The position numbers and the translations under genes were made by a program. A stretch of 48,830 nt of DNA, filler included, from Jimgerdemannia flammicorona (Eukaryota), in NCBI GenBank assembly GCA_003990765.1. It is 2 parts of 2 records of this genome, joined end to end, with 100 filler letters (N's around TTAATTAATTAA, not from the genome) between each part and the next. Parts side by side here need not be neighbours in the genome. Positions count along the whole stretch, not along the records: positions 1 to 24,368 come from RBNJ01000984.1; 1 more part is not named here. One strand, 5' to 3'. Of the stretch, positions 13,556-24,468 are shown piece after piece. Numbering within the stretch: position 1 is the stretch's first letter; each line of letters opens with the position of its first letter. The notes beneath the pieces are model-generated. The model saw only the letters and a program-made list of their open reading frames with translations. It did not search any database and was not told the DNA's origin.

Positions 13556-14454
13556 GCTCTTGGGGTGCCTATTTCCTCTCCTCCGGGTCCCCTTACAACG
13601 ACTTTCTCGGTTCCGTTCTCTCGACACAACAACTCCAGCTGCTCACGCCCTCCCCAATGGTCACCACCGACCTCAACGGCATTACTTACATGTCCGGCTT
13701 CCTCCCATCCATGATTTTTGACAAATTCCTTATTGGCATTGACCCTTCCAACCCCAGTTCCCCGCCACAATCCCTGGGGACACTCGGCGAACAGATCCAG
13801 TCGCTCTGTTCTCCCAATCAAGGATCCTTCGTCCTCGACTTTGTCAAAAAGCTCCTAAACACCCCCTCCGCCGCCGACGCCGCGCGCCAACTCTGGCGCA
13901 TCGTCAACGCCAACCAAACCCTGTTCTTCCAGTTCCCGACCGACCAGCCGTCCCCGTATGTGAGCTACTCGAACCTCACTATGTACACCACGAGCAACAC
14001 CACTCTCTCCACCTCCGAACAGAGCGTGACCAACTTCCGCCCTGGTGTCTCCATCTCCCACGTTGACAGCCAGTATGTCACCACCACCGAGTTCCTCCTG
14101 CGGTACACGCCGCCCCTCGGCTTGACCCTGGACGACATCTCCCGGCAGACCCAGCAGAACAGCCAGACGATCTCCTACACGGTCATGGTCAACGGCACCC
14201 TCGAGACGAAGCAGTACGATTCGCCCATCGGGCCGGGGATTCTGCACGTCCTCGAGAGCATGGGGTACTCGACGGTACTAATGCCGAGGCAATACCCCGC
14301 GCAACCGAGTTCGGATAAGATGTGGGAGCCAAAGAGAAGCTCGGTGTGCTTGCCGCAGACAAAGTCCGAGGCGACGAGGGGAAGTTGGACCAGAGGGTGG
14401 GCGTTAGCTTATTGGATGACGTTGGTAGGCGGCTGGACTTTGCAGTTGGCGTGA
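11937..14454 (+). CDS. Secreted, possibly GPI-anchored zincin-like (HEXXH) metalloprotease, multi-exon
   Basis: Signal peptide MRSLTELPPILLFQFLLYLTLIISPVTS; motifs NPNYLYPQSLAKQL-like (DPNYLYPQSLAKQL), CDIIAEFNHD, DMKYLILHELIHGFGFIS (HELIH at 13411), FRPGVSISHVD and PIGPGILHVLESMGY; hydrophobic C-terminus WALAYWMTLVGGWTLQLA. Confidence 0.8.
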
Positions 14455-15957
14455 AGGCGGATCGACGGGTTCATTTGGAGGGATATTGGTTTTCATAAAA
14501 ATAGACAGGATTGAACAACCCTGGTGGTATAGCGTTGAACGTATTACACTTCTCTTATGTCTCTGGACAGGGTTTCGTTTATGCATCATGTTCATTATAT
14601 TTTTATTTTATTTTTTCTTTGCCACCATTAACTGGTTTTCGCCCAAAGGTTTGCGCTATTCATCATTTTGCAATCCCGCATTTTTGTACACTTTTCCGAG
14701 CTCTGCATAGTTTTACACATGTAATTCAGATATTTAATATTCAGATATTTAATCCGTCTCCTGTACATTAGTTGATGTTATTTTTGGTAACCCCGCTTCG
14801 TCCCACATATTTCCATATCATTAGATCAAGTCCATTTTGTTGAAATTTTATAACAGGGTTTGCATTAAAACAAGACAACCAACACACGAGAATGCCAGCC
14901 TCCGTGACACACCGAAAGGTAGATCCTTTGTCCCAAAAATCCCATTTCGCACAAACGGATGGCTTGAATCGGACCCAGACACGATTGCCTGAAATCATAT
15001 AACCAACAGGTGCCTAGGGACAGGTCCATGCTACAAAGCCCGGAAGCTATTCATATCTCCATCTTGACTCGTTAAATCTCCGTCTTACTCCTTCGATAGC
15101 CCGTGCCCTCTATTAACTGCCACCCGTATATGCCAAACCGCACGTGATAATAAATTGGACGAGTATATATGTGTTTGGGCGAATGGGCGCATGGGGAATG
15201 TTTCTGTCTCGAATGCGTTGCATCGAAGAACCCGACATACAAGAGGTGTACAGAATAGGGAGGTGAAAACCGTGTGATGACGATGACGATTGAGCGTAAG
15301 GGGAAGGGGACAAGATGGGCGGTCAGTGAATTCTGTGATTGAATGATATGGACATGTGGATTGCCTAATCGAGTAGTACGCGTCTTTTAACGCGCTTCAA
15401 CAATGGACGACACGATTTAGAGAGCAGAGATGGGCCGTCCTGTTTGGTTATCGGACGTCCTTGCCGTAGACGCAGATGAATGTGTGTTCAGATTGTTGTG
15501 GCACCGGTCGCTCTATTGGAGGCGAGGGGGTTGACAAGCTTGACATAGGAGGCATGCTCGATGGGGAGGATTTTTGCAGATCTTGGGACGGAAGGAGACG
15601 AGGCAAGAAACGGAACAATGGTCGGCAAGACAAAGACGAGCAGCCTTACAAAATGGTGGGGAGGAACCGCAAGACAAGAAAAAGAGCAATGCTCGGCGGG
15701 ACGTGCACATTGGCCATCAATAGCCAAGAGGGACCCACAAATCATTGTACGGTATCGGCGCACCAACGTTGTGGTGCGGTTCTATAGCCGTGGGCAATCT
15801 TTTCGCTCCTTTGGTTTGTTTGGCATTGCGCCATCTCTCATGTCCCATAATAATAGGATTTCACAGCCGATGATGACACGGCATATTACTAATCAACAGG
15901 GTAATTAGAGAGTGACCGGGATGAGGTGTGCAAGGTGTATAGGGGAGGAGGGTACCT

Positions 15958-16003
15958 GAATCTCAACACTTCAAAAAGCAGAATCTCAACACATCAAAAA
16001 GCA
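15958..16003 (+). repeat. 23-bp tandem duplication GAATCTCAACAC(T/A)TCAAAAAGCA x2
   Basis: Read directly at 15958-15980 and 15981-16003. Confidence 0.85.
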
Positions 16004-16073
16004 ATGGGTATATACATATAACCGCCTTTCGGATAGTGAGCCCGACACGTGCCGATTAGAATGAAGAACCTAA

Positions 16074-17500
16074 GAGCATCTCCACCGGGAGGGTTAAATT
16101 TAGGGGTAAATTACACCCAAAGATAAGGCTTATCCTGACACCTTTATTTTATTTAGTCCTAGCGAGACTGGCATGCGCACCGCGGTCAGGGCTAAATAGA
16201 GGGTCAAACTGAACACACCACCCCACCAACTTCCACATAGGTCTACCTATGCATTTGCCACAAGCAAGCTATTGTTCTTCTTGCAGCTTGAAGAATGGCT
16301 GAACCATGGTGGCTCACACTTCCGGGCAGAGCTCCAAACATGGATTGAGGTATCCAGCAAGGTCACGAGCATATCCTCAAGGACTACTTTGCTCCAGAGC
16401 TGGTCTATGGTGAAAAGGTCTTCCACTGATACTTCAAAATGCACTATTTACTCTTCCTCCACATTGTGGAAGCTGTAGAGGCTTATGATGCCTACTTTCA
16501 GCAGAAACCTGACACTCTAGAAAACCTTGGGCTTTTATTCATCCAGAAATATATCACAGCTATCTGCCAGCTGATATATGGAATGCCAGCTAATGCTGTT
16601 GATAAATATGTACAGATTGCTGAGACTATAGCCATCAGAGTCTGAAATGCTTCTGCCAAGCTATTATCTATATAATTGGTGATGAGTACCTATGCAGCTC
16701 CAATCAGGATGATGTGGAATAACTTCTGGTAGTCAGTGAACAGTGAGGCTTTCTTGGCATATTGGGCAGTCTTAATTATATATACTGGAATTGGAAAAAT
16801 GGTCCAATGGTCTGACAGGATCAGTATACTGATAAAGAAATAGGCCCAACCATTATTCTCAAGGCTATTGTCTCATATGATCTATAGATATAATATACTT
16901 TTTTTGGAATATCAGGATTCTACAATGATATTAATATTCTGGACAGATCTCTGCTTTTTATAGAGCTGCAGAATAGTTAGACATTTGCTACAATATTCAG
17001 AGTCAATAGCCATAAGTATCAAATGAGATATTTCCTCATAAATAGTATTTATCTCTCTTAGACAATACTGATTTACACTATTTTGCAGTTTTAAAGAGTG
17101 AAGAAGAAATACTTTACTATAATGTAAGAAGCAGTCAGAAAGAATATAGAAAGAGTATTTAGTATTCTATAAGTCAAGTTCACCATAATCTCTGGTCCTG
17201 CTTATTTCTAGTGAAAGGAGGATCTAAGTGATATTATGACTGCATACATTATCTTGTATAATATAATTATTAAAGACAAATGTAAAATTTATAAACTAGA
17301 TTTCAATTATGACCTACTCTTATCTTTTTTGGTTTCTCCTTCTTTCTATGAAGTAAACTATACATTTGATGAGTTTGTCTATTAATATCAGAGTATTTAA
17401 ACCTCTATAATATATTACTAGCTTCAAAATGATCTTATTAAACACTTTTAGCAATAGAAGAGAAAAGAGGAGTAAAATAGTAAAAATAAGTACTTTTATC
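16074..17500 (+). mobile_element. PIF/Harbinger DNA transposon remnant with pseudogenised DDE transposase (~16250-17476)
   Basis: TAA (16071-16073) followed by the Tourist/PIF-type TIR GAGCATCTCCA. Decayed transposase motifs: YDAYFQQKPDTLENLGL..QKY..AICQLIYGMPANAVDKY, GFLGILGSLNYIYWNWKNGP (consensus GFPGMLGSLDCMHWxWKNCP), DL*I*YTFFG (DLWIWHAFFG), YNDINILDRS. No right TIR found. Confidence 0.88.
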
Positions 17501-20500
17501 AGGTTCTTTCTTTACTATAATTTGCATTATACAAACTTTAGACAATACTTTCAATATAGTTTTTGAGAAAAAGATAATAATAATATAATAACTAGTATGA
17601 GTTCTAATAGGAGTACTGGGTCAGACAGACCTGGAGCTTTCAGATAGCAGTATATCAGAAGGAGATATAGTCTAGAAATGAGCTCTTTTAATAAAGTGAA
17701 GAGTTAGAGAGAGTCTGAAGAATAGTTGGTGTTTGGTAGAGGAGGGGACAAGCAGAAGCTTATAAGCTTTACTAATAAGATGAAGGAGAGAGGCTGGTTA
17801 GTAAGCACTAGGGCTAGTGGGGCTAGTGGTAAGGATAAGCCGAGTCAGAGAAGAGTAAGAGGTCTTCTGTCTGAAGAAGTAAGTATAGAAGCTAGAAGAG
17901 CTATAGCTGGGAGAGAGAGAGTAACTATTGATAGTAGTATAACTGAGAATCTAGAAAAAATCCAAATATAATAGCTAATAATAGGGCTAGGCAGATAGGC
18001 TAAGAAAAGAGAGAGAACTTGATAGATAGTATAATAGATCTAGTAGTAGTATTATTACTCAAGAAGTCAATTTCAGAATTTACTATCATATTATACTTCA
18101 GGAGACTAGTAGTGATAGTAAAGATAGTTCTAGGACTAATATTAAAGTAGTTATCTGAGACTACTTTAGTAAAGTTCTTATATAGGCTAGAGAGAGTTGA
18201 GATGGGCTTTGAGAAGACAGAGCCATTGGAGGAGACTTTGAAGACTGAGTTAGTATTTAGTAAGTTAGTAGTATTAATGATAAGATACTTACAGTAAGAC
18301 CCCAAAGTGATATAGCTCTTAGTAAAGAGGGTATCTATAGTAATAACTGCTGAGATAAGATAGAGGTAATAGTAGAGTATAGTGATATAGCAGATGTTGT
18401 ATTCCAAGTCTAAAAGAGAACAACTTTCAGAACTAAAGATGTAGATATCTGGCTTTGACTTATAGAGAAAGAGACTATAGGAAAGGCCCAGAACTGGTCA
18501 TTAATAATAATGTGGAAAGTTTTCATCTATAAGATAATAAGGGTAAAAAGGAGTGAGATAGAGGAGAAGAATCTACTAGAAGCACTAAAAGACTTAAGTG
18601 AGATAATAAAATATTAAGCTATATATAGTATAGAGAGAGTATATTACATCCATCCACTTAGAGATAGTGGATGGAAAGTATATTCAGATAGATAAGGTAC
18701 TGTGAGAAAAAGCTTAAGAGAGAAAAAGGCAGAGAGACCTGTTGATAGAATTGAAAGCAGTATTAGTAGTTAGATTAGAGAAGAGTTCAGAGAGTATACT
18801 AGAGAGTATCTGGGCTACTGGCAGTATAGAGAGACAGATGGTAAGTATAGAAGTAAGTAGAGAAATGAAGGATTGGCAGCTCTATGATAATGGTATACTG
18901 GAAATATAGAAGAAGGAGATAGTGGATAAAGGGAGAGCTATAGCCCTAGAGCAGAAGGCTGGTGAGGATGTCAAGATAAGAGATACTTGCAAAGTTTGGT
19001 TTGGAGTATTAAATATTACAAAAGAGAGATAGATAGTTGACATTAAGGTAGAGAAGTTAGTGGATATCTCAGAGAAAGAGTGAGATGAGTTTATGAGTAC
19101 TGAACTAATACTATAAAATAGAGTAGAGAGTGATCAGATACTTCTAAGGAAAAAAATATTAGTGACTTATGATAGATATATATAATAATATATAATCTGG
19201 TAATATAGGAGTTGGGTGAGATAGACTTGAGGGTAATTGATAAAGACTACTATAAGAGGATCCTATAAGAGGATAGTATAGTAAAAGCTCTGAAGTCTGA
19301 GATATTGGTAATTTATCTAGATGAGAAGAGTTATGAGATAGATGTAGTAAAGGAGACAAAGTTGACTATGACTGCTAGAGATCAGACTGCCTTTTAGTAG
19401 AAGAAGTAAGATAGTAGTATACTCTGACAGAAAATATATCTAATATATAAGAAGAAGATAGAGGAGAAGAATGATGAGAAAATTACTAAGATTCTGGCTG
19501 AGTTGAAGATAAGGAAGGCTGAGGGGGCTGAGGTAGAGACAGAGTGTAGTCTATACTTAAATCATGAGATAATGAGTGTGAAGCTATAAAGAGTTGAGTT
19601 TACTCTATAACATTATTCTCTTATGAACAATATAACTAATATTTTCTCACTGAATGTGAATAGTTTAAGGAGTTCTGTGATATATCAAAACATTTTCTCT
19701 TAGCTAAAGAAATTGAAGGCTGATCTCTTTCTTTTGTAGAATATATACTGAGAGAAGAACTTAGATAAGCAGGATTGGACTAGGAAATGGAGTAGTATTG
19801 TAGTTTGAAGAAATAAGATTGGGATTCTAGTATGGAGTAGAAGAGGTGAACTTTGTAAAGTTAGCAACTAGAGTAGCTATTTGGTATAGGGGGAGTAATA
19901 TAGGCCAGAGTGAGAGTCTGTTGTTATTGACTTCTATTATTACTCAGTAGTGTGAAATAAGTAGATTGTATAGTTAGAGAGACTTTTAGATTATAGAGTA
20001 TTAGTAGAAATAGGAGTGAATGTTCTTGGGAGAGACTTCAATATAGTCAGAGATATGATGTTGAATAGAACTAATTAAGAGAGAAGTACTAGAGACCATA
20101 GTAGTAATTTGGAGATATGGAAGAAGATAGTGAGACTGTACTCTTTAGTAAATATAGATAGGGTATCATGAGGCAATCAGAGAATACATATATATCTATT
20201 GAGTAAATGGACTTAGAACAAAGATTAATTAGATATTAATAGCTGATTACTAGAGGATAGATATTTGGAAGAGATTAGAGATTAAGTAGTATCTATAATC
20301 TGATCATTAGAGATTGATAGAGTATGATCAGTTTGGAGAGAGTGGAAATAAACCTGGATATTAATATCTCAATTCTCTCTTACTGACTGAGAAAGTGCTA
20401 TAGGATATATGAGTGGAGAATATTGACCAGAAGATTATTTATTAAATTGGAAAAGAGTGCTCAATTGGAGTCTATTGAGTAAGACTAAAGGAGGCTGCTA

Positions 20501-21205
20501 GGATCTACTGGGGGAAGACTAGCAGGCTGACTAGAGAGCAGTAATATAAGAGAGTGAGGTGGGCTTTAATTAGATTGGTCTAGTTATAGATGGATTAGAC
20601 AGATCTGCTAGGGCTAGAGACAGGGGAAGATTGGAGACTAAATTGAGCTAAGTTAGAGATAGAGAGTATTGAGGAAGAAAGAAGAGACTTATGTAAAGGA
20701 GATATCAGTAAGATTGTAATAGTAGGGGCTTAAGGAGAGTGAGAGGCCCTCTAAATATCTATTATAACTTCTTCAGATATAGAGGGTGAGGTAAAGGTGG
20801 GATGATATACTCAATGAGGGCTCACTAGTATATAGAATCTAGCAGATCTTAGGCTCTCTAAAGGGGTAGTGGGGGGGATTTGTAGAGTGAGAAGAAAGAG
20901 AGTGCTGATGTAGTGGCTATTGAGTATATACTAGAAGATTGGCAACCTTCATAAGTAGAAGGTTTAGTTAATTTAATTCTGCTAGTCTAGATAGAGAAAA
21001 TCTAGTAGGTTTTTGCAGCTACAATATTGAGCACTATACTAGATGAGAATGATCTGCTTTAGAATTTTTGAAAAAAAATAGTGAGGATCTCAGAGGTATT
21101 AGAGAAGATGGCAATACTGTGTGACTTTATACTCTTATCTAGAAAGTAGGTTGGGAAGCAGGATCTTGGTCTGATAGTACTACTGTTTAAGAATAAGAGT
21201 AGATA

Positions 21206-22939
21206 TGTAAGCATACAACCTCTAAGCCACTGGAACCACATGTCACCCTCTGAACAAATCTGGAAATCACCTGTATGATCACAAAGCTGAGTCAAATCGA
21301 AGTCACCATGCATAAAGCTGAGTCAATATGAAGTCATGGAACATAAGATTTATACAAACAGAATCTTACCAATTAGGACCAAATGTATATATACCAAGCA
21401 CTGATATGTATTGAAATAGAGAACTAAAAACAAACAATAACCATAACTTCTGAATATACACAAATATGACCACCGAGATCTACAACTGTATCTGTGCTGA
21501 CATTTGAAATACTATTGTCAACCAAGCCACACTCTCTCTGCCTCTCATGAATATCCATAGCTTAGCACTTCTTTACTTTATGGAAGCCCAATGGAATGCC
21601 CTGAATATACTTAGTGAGACCTACTGAATTGGACAAATCTCAAGCTACTATCAGATTGGCTGCCTCCTAGAAGACATGATTGAACACCACCATAATATAG
21701 ACATTATCCAGATGTCTCAACACCAGAAACTCATTGCCTGCAAATACTGAGAACTCTTTTATGAGTATAGTACTGTTATTCCCTATCTCAAAGTTACTAC
21801 TAGTGAAATGATTGCTACTCTATTCTATAGCCAAATCGACGATATGATATAAGAACTCAATCACAAGTACCTTGAATATATTCAGACCACAGACAGAACC
21901 TTCCCACACCCCAATAACTATATTCTGCAAATGCCTCAAGTCAGATACATAATGAAGAATATCTATAATATAATTCGATTTGACAAAGATGAAGTAGAAG
22001 ACAATGATCCCTCTGATGCTGACATAACCTCAAGCTAAGGATCTCTGCCAACCCTGATCATACTACCAACCTTGTCAATGAACTTACAACAGTTCATAAC
22101 CACATATAAGACTTATTGGGATAATGATTACTGGTATGAATACCAACTCACATTCACTTCTGATCACTTTAACTATAATGAAGAGACTGGAAAACACAAC
22201 CTGTATCTTCAGACAACCTTCAAGATCGAACCAACCACTCTACCACCTGAGTACAAGTGACATGAACCATAGCTGCCAGCTTACTATAATCCTGCAACTC
22301 ATAGTACTATAACCTATAGAAGGTATATAGACAGCAAATCCAATAAAAGCGAAGATGATATACCACTCCTTCACCCACCAACTCCATACCCAGTATATGA
22401 GACAGATGATACTATCCTATGGGACAGTAATGAAGTCCTAATATATTACTATCTCAGCAAACAAGAAGAATTAATTCATGAACAACTCTTCCTAGATAAC
22501 TACTTTATCAGAGATGATACCATTGATAGTAATATCATTGAAGACTACCCAGATAGCATTGAAATCTATAAATAGTTTAGTAGTCATAGTATAGTTAGAT
22601 TAGCCTTGTATGATATGACTGCAAACTAACTCAGCAATCAGACAATCTCTTGATATGTCAGATTATACTTATAACTGCATTCTGACTCAGCAAGATACTA
22701 AAGTGCTACACCCATATCTAGTATAGCTTAGATAGCTCCTCACTAGTATAAATACCCCCTCTCCCAGACTTCAGAATCTCAGACTTAAATAGACTTAAAT
22801 ACTTGAACAATCTGAACACAACTCTTGAGCACTTCTCTATAATATCCATTTATACAATTACTCCTAGTATAGCAATATCATAAATAGTGAATAAATCTAT
22901 TTAATAACCCACAAATCACTCTTAAGTAAATCTGCTCTC
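21206..22939 (+). mobile_element. Long LTR-like unit (3'-truncated) containing an internal ORF
   Basis: Starts TGTAAG exactly where LINE homology stops. TGAGTCA x2 (21288, 21319), TGACTCA (22683), TATAAATACCCC (22747), AATAAA (22890). No CA end seen because a second LTR interrupts it. Confidence 0.55.
21466..22575 (+). pseudogene. About 370-codon orphan ORF, a single frame broken only by point-mutation stops
   Basis: MTTEIYNCICADI*NTIVNQATLSLPL...YWDNDYWYEYQLTFTSDHF...EDYPDSIEIYK*. The same frame runs from 21466 through ORF 22072-22260 to TAG 22575. Internal stops are TGA/TAA/TAG, derivable from CGA/CAA/CAG. Confidence 0.7.
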
Positions 22940-23360
22940 TGTTAGGTCCCACTCCTAACTCTGTCATGAAATTTCCTAATTGGGTATTGTCTGCAGTAAT
23001 ATGCCAATTCAACTAAGCTGGCCTTAGTTTCTTGAACTCCTGAAATATGAAAAATTCTAAATATCCAGAACTAGTCTGAAAAAGAACTTTGGTTGAGACA
23101 TCAACCTGAACTTAAAATCAATAAGTATAGAGAATGTACTCTATATAAAATTGATCTTGACCATAAGAAAACAGTCTTTCAGAATATCCAGAACTTCCAG
23201 AAAATCCTTCCAGAACTATGTAATGATTACTCTAAAAAGCAACCCTTTTATAAGATAGAAGAATTGAAAGAACTGATAGTCAATCATACTTCTGGATATA
23301 GACAGGAAGTTGGTCATGAAAGTGATTATTATATATATGATTGTAAAAGGTGACCCAACA
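22940..23360 (-). mobile_element. Solo LTR, 421 bp, reverse orientation
   Basis: Terminal inverted repeats TGTTAGGTC...GACCCAACA. TATAAAAGGG on the minus strand (23243-23252). Flanks do not form a matching TSD. Confidence 0.65.
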
Positions 23361-23647
23361 GATATTGGATGAGAAGTAAAGAAACTTTGTTAAAGACTAT
23401 TTTATAAGAGATAAAATGTCATAGATACATATACATATAGTATCAGTGAAGAGATGAGAACTAGTGAGTTGAATGGGAGATTGGTCTTTCTAGACTAGAA
23501 GAAGGTCTATAATTATGTAAGATAAGTATGGCTAAAAAAGGTATTAGACAGAATTAGTATCTCTTAGTAATTTTGAGTTTCAATAATTAGTTTATTGGAG
23601 AATAGCAGAGCAGTACTTATATACAATAATTATCATAGTATAATATT

Positions 23648-24241
23648 CTCTTTTTGTTTTACGGACTCATGTCCCGCGGATTTTTATTGGAAGGGAACCT
23701 AGACTATATAGGCCAAAACCCTCCCCCACCACCCACCAAGCACTGCCCCCCCATTAACCTAGGCTAGCTATTGTCCAGCAGCTCGACCATACCAGACGCA
23801 GCAGGGCTAATAAGCCCGCACCTCATTCTGCACACCATGCTCTCCCTACCACCAGGGGAAACCCAACCATACACCAATGACCGAAAGCGCATACCTGAGA
23901 ACCCAACGTATGTACAAGGCCACGCCCGAGCCGAATAGAATAGCCCCTGCCATCCCAAAGAGAATGACAGGCAAAGAAAAAACACTCATCAAAGCACAAC
24001 ACGGTGGGTAGGGCCTGGTTCTCCCAGTCGAGGTGAGTAAAGGACTTACACGTGAGGCGGGAGGAAACCCCCAATACCCCACTACTCAAGCCTGCGGGCC
24101 TCGATCACGTTGCCGTGTCAGCTCCCGGTTCCAGTTGAGTGCAGCCAAGACGCCTGAAATGGGTAGCCTTGGGCTCCCCGACCCCCCCTGACAACTGGGG
24201 CCTCACCCCGCTACCCGCCAAAAGAAGCCGAGAGTGACACC
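23648..24241 (-). mobile_element. CpG-retaining 3' end/3' UTR of a non-LTR retroelement (or SINE-like element)
   Basis: Minus strand ends with AATAAA (23683-23688), a short hairpin GGAC-ATGA-GTCC and an A-rich tail AAAACAAAAA. G-rich minus strand like the neighbouring LINE. Confidence 0.5.
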
Positions 24242-24368
24242 TAGTGCTCCTAACGAGTCAATTTAATCCGGATTGGATTCGGATTGATTCGGATTGAATC
24301 CCATCCAGATCAACTCGGATGGGATTCGAATCCCATCCGGATGGATTCGAATCAGATTCGAATCGGAT
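24242..24368 (+). mobile_element. Left end of a young hAT-type MITE (TAGTGCTCCTAAC plus GGATT/GAATC subterminal repeats), cut by the gap
   Basis: Terminus resembles the TAGT(A/G)CTTCCAA TIRs at 30879 and 34738; dense CGGAT/TTCGAA motifs with CpG intact. Confidence 0.6.
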
Positions 24369-24468
24369 NNNNNNNNNNNNNNNNNNNNNNNNNNNNNNNN
24401 NNNNNNNNNNNNTTAATTAATTAANNNNNNNNNNNNNNNNNNNNNNNNNNNNNNNNNNNNNNNNNNNN
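24369..24468. other. Assembly gap: 100 nt of N with an artificial TTAATTAATTAA linker (24413-24424)
   Basis: N runs flank a 12-mer that encodes stops in all six frames. Confidence 0.97.

Larger units (their letters stand above)
17505..23645 (+). mobile_element. Heavily mutated L1/Tx1-like LINE (ORF1; APE from 19623; RT), interrupted by LTR insertions at 21206-23360 and 3'-truncated
   Basis: 5' UTR, ORF1 and ORF2 align by eye with the minus-strand copy at 24469-29580. ORF2 start MNNITNIFSLNVNSLR; RT segments LFKNKS (~21185) and LNGRLVFLD*KKVYNYV (~23470). Confidence 0.85.

Noticed and set aside
3687..14454. UGT + LysM + Lines + protease as a functional gene cluster
   Set aside because: No shared pathway or backbone enzyme; adjacency alone is not evidence.
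14480..15950. Several short ORFs on both strands
   Set aside because: No homology or coherent splice structure is visible; treated as intergenic.
24100..24240. HDV-like or hammerhead ribozyme
   Set aside because: Stems are present, but I could not identify the catalytic core consensus of either class by eye.
24413..24424. TTAATTAATTAA palindrome inside the N run
   Set aside because: Artificial six-frame-stop scaffolding linker, not biological.
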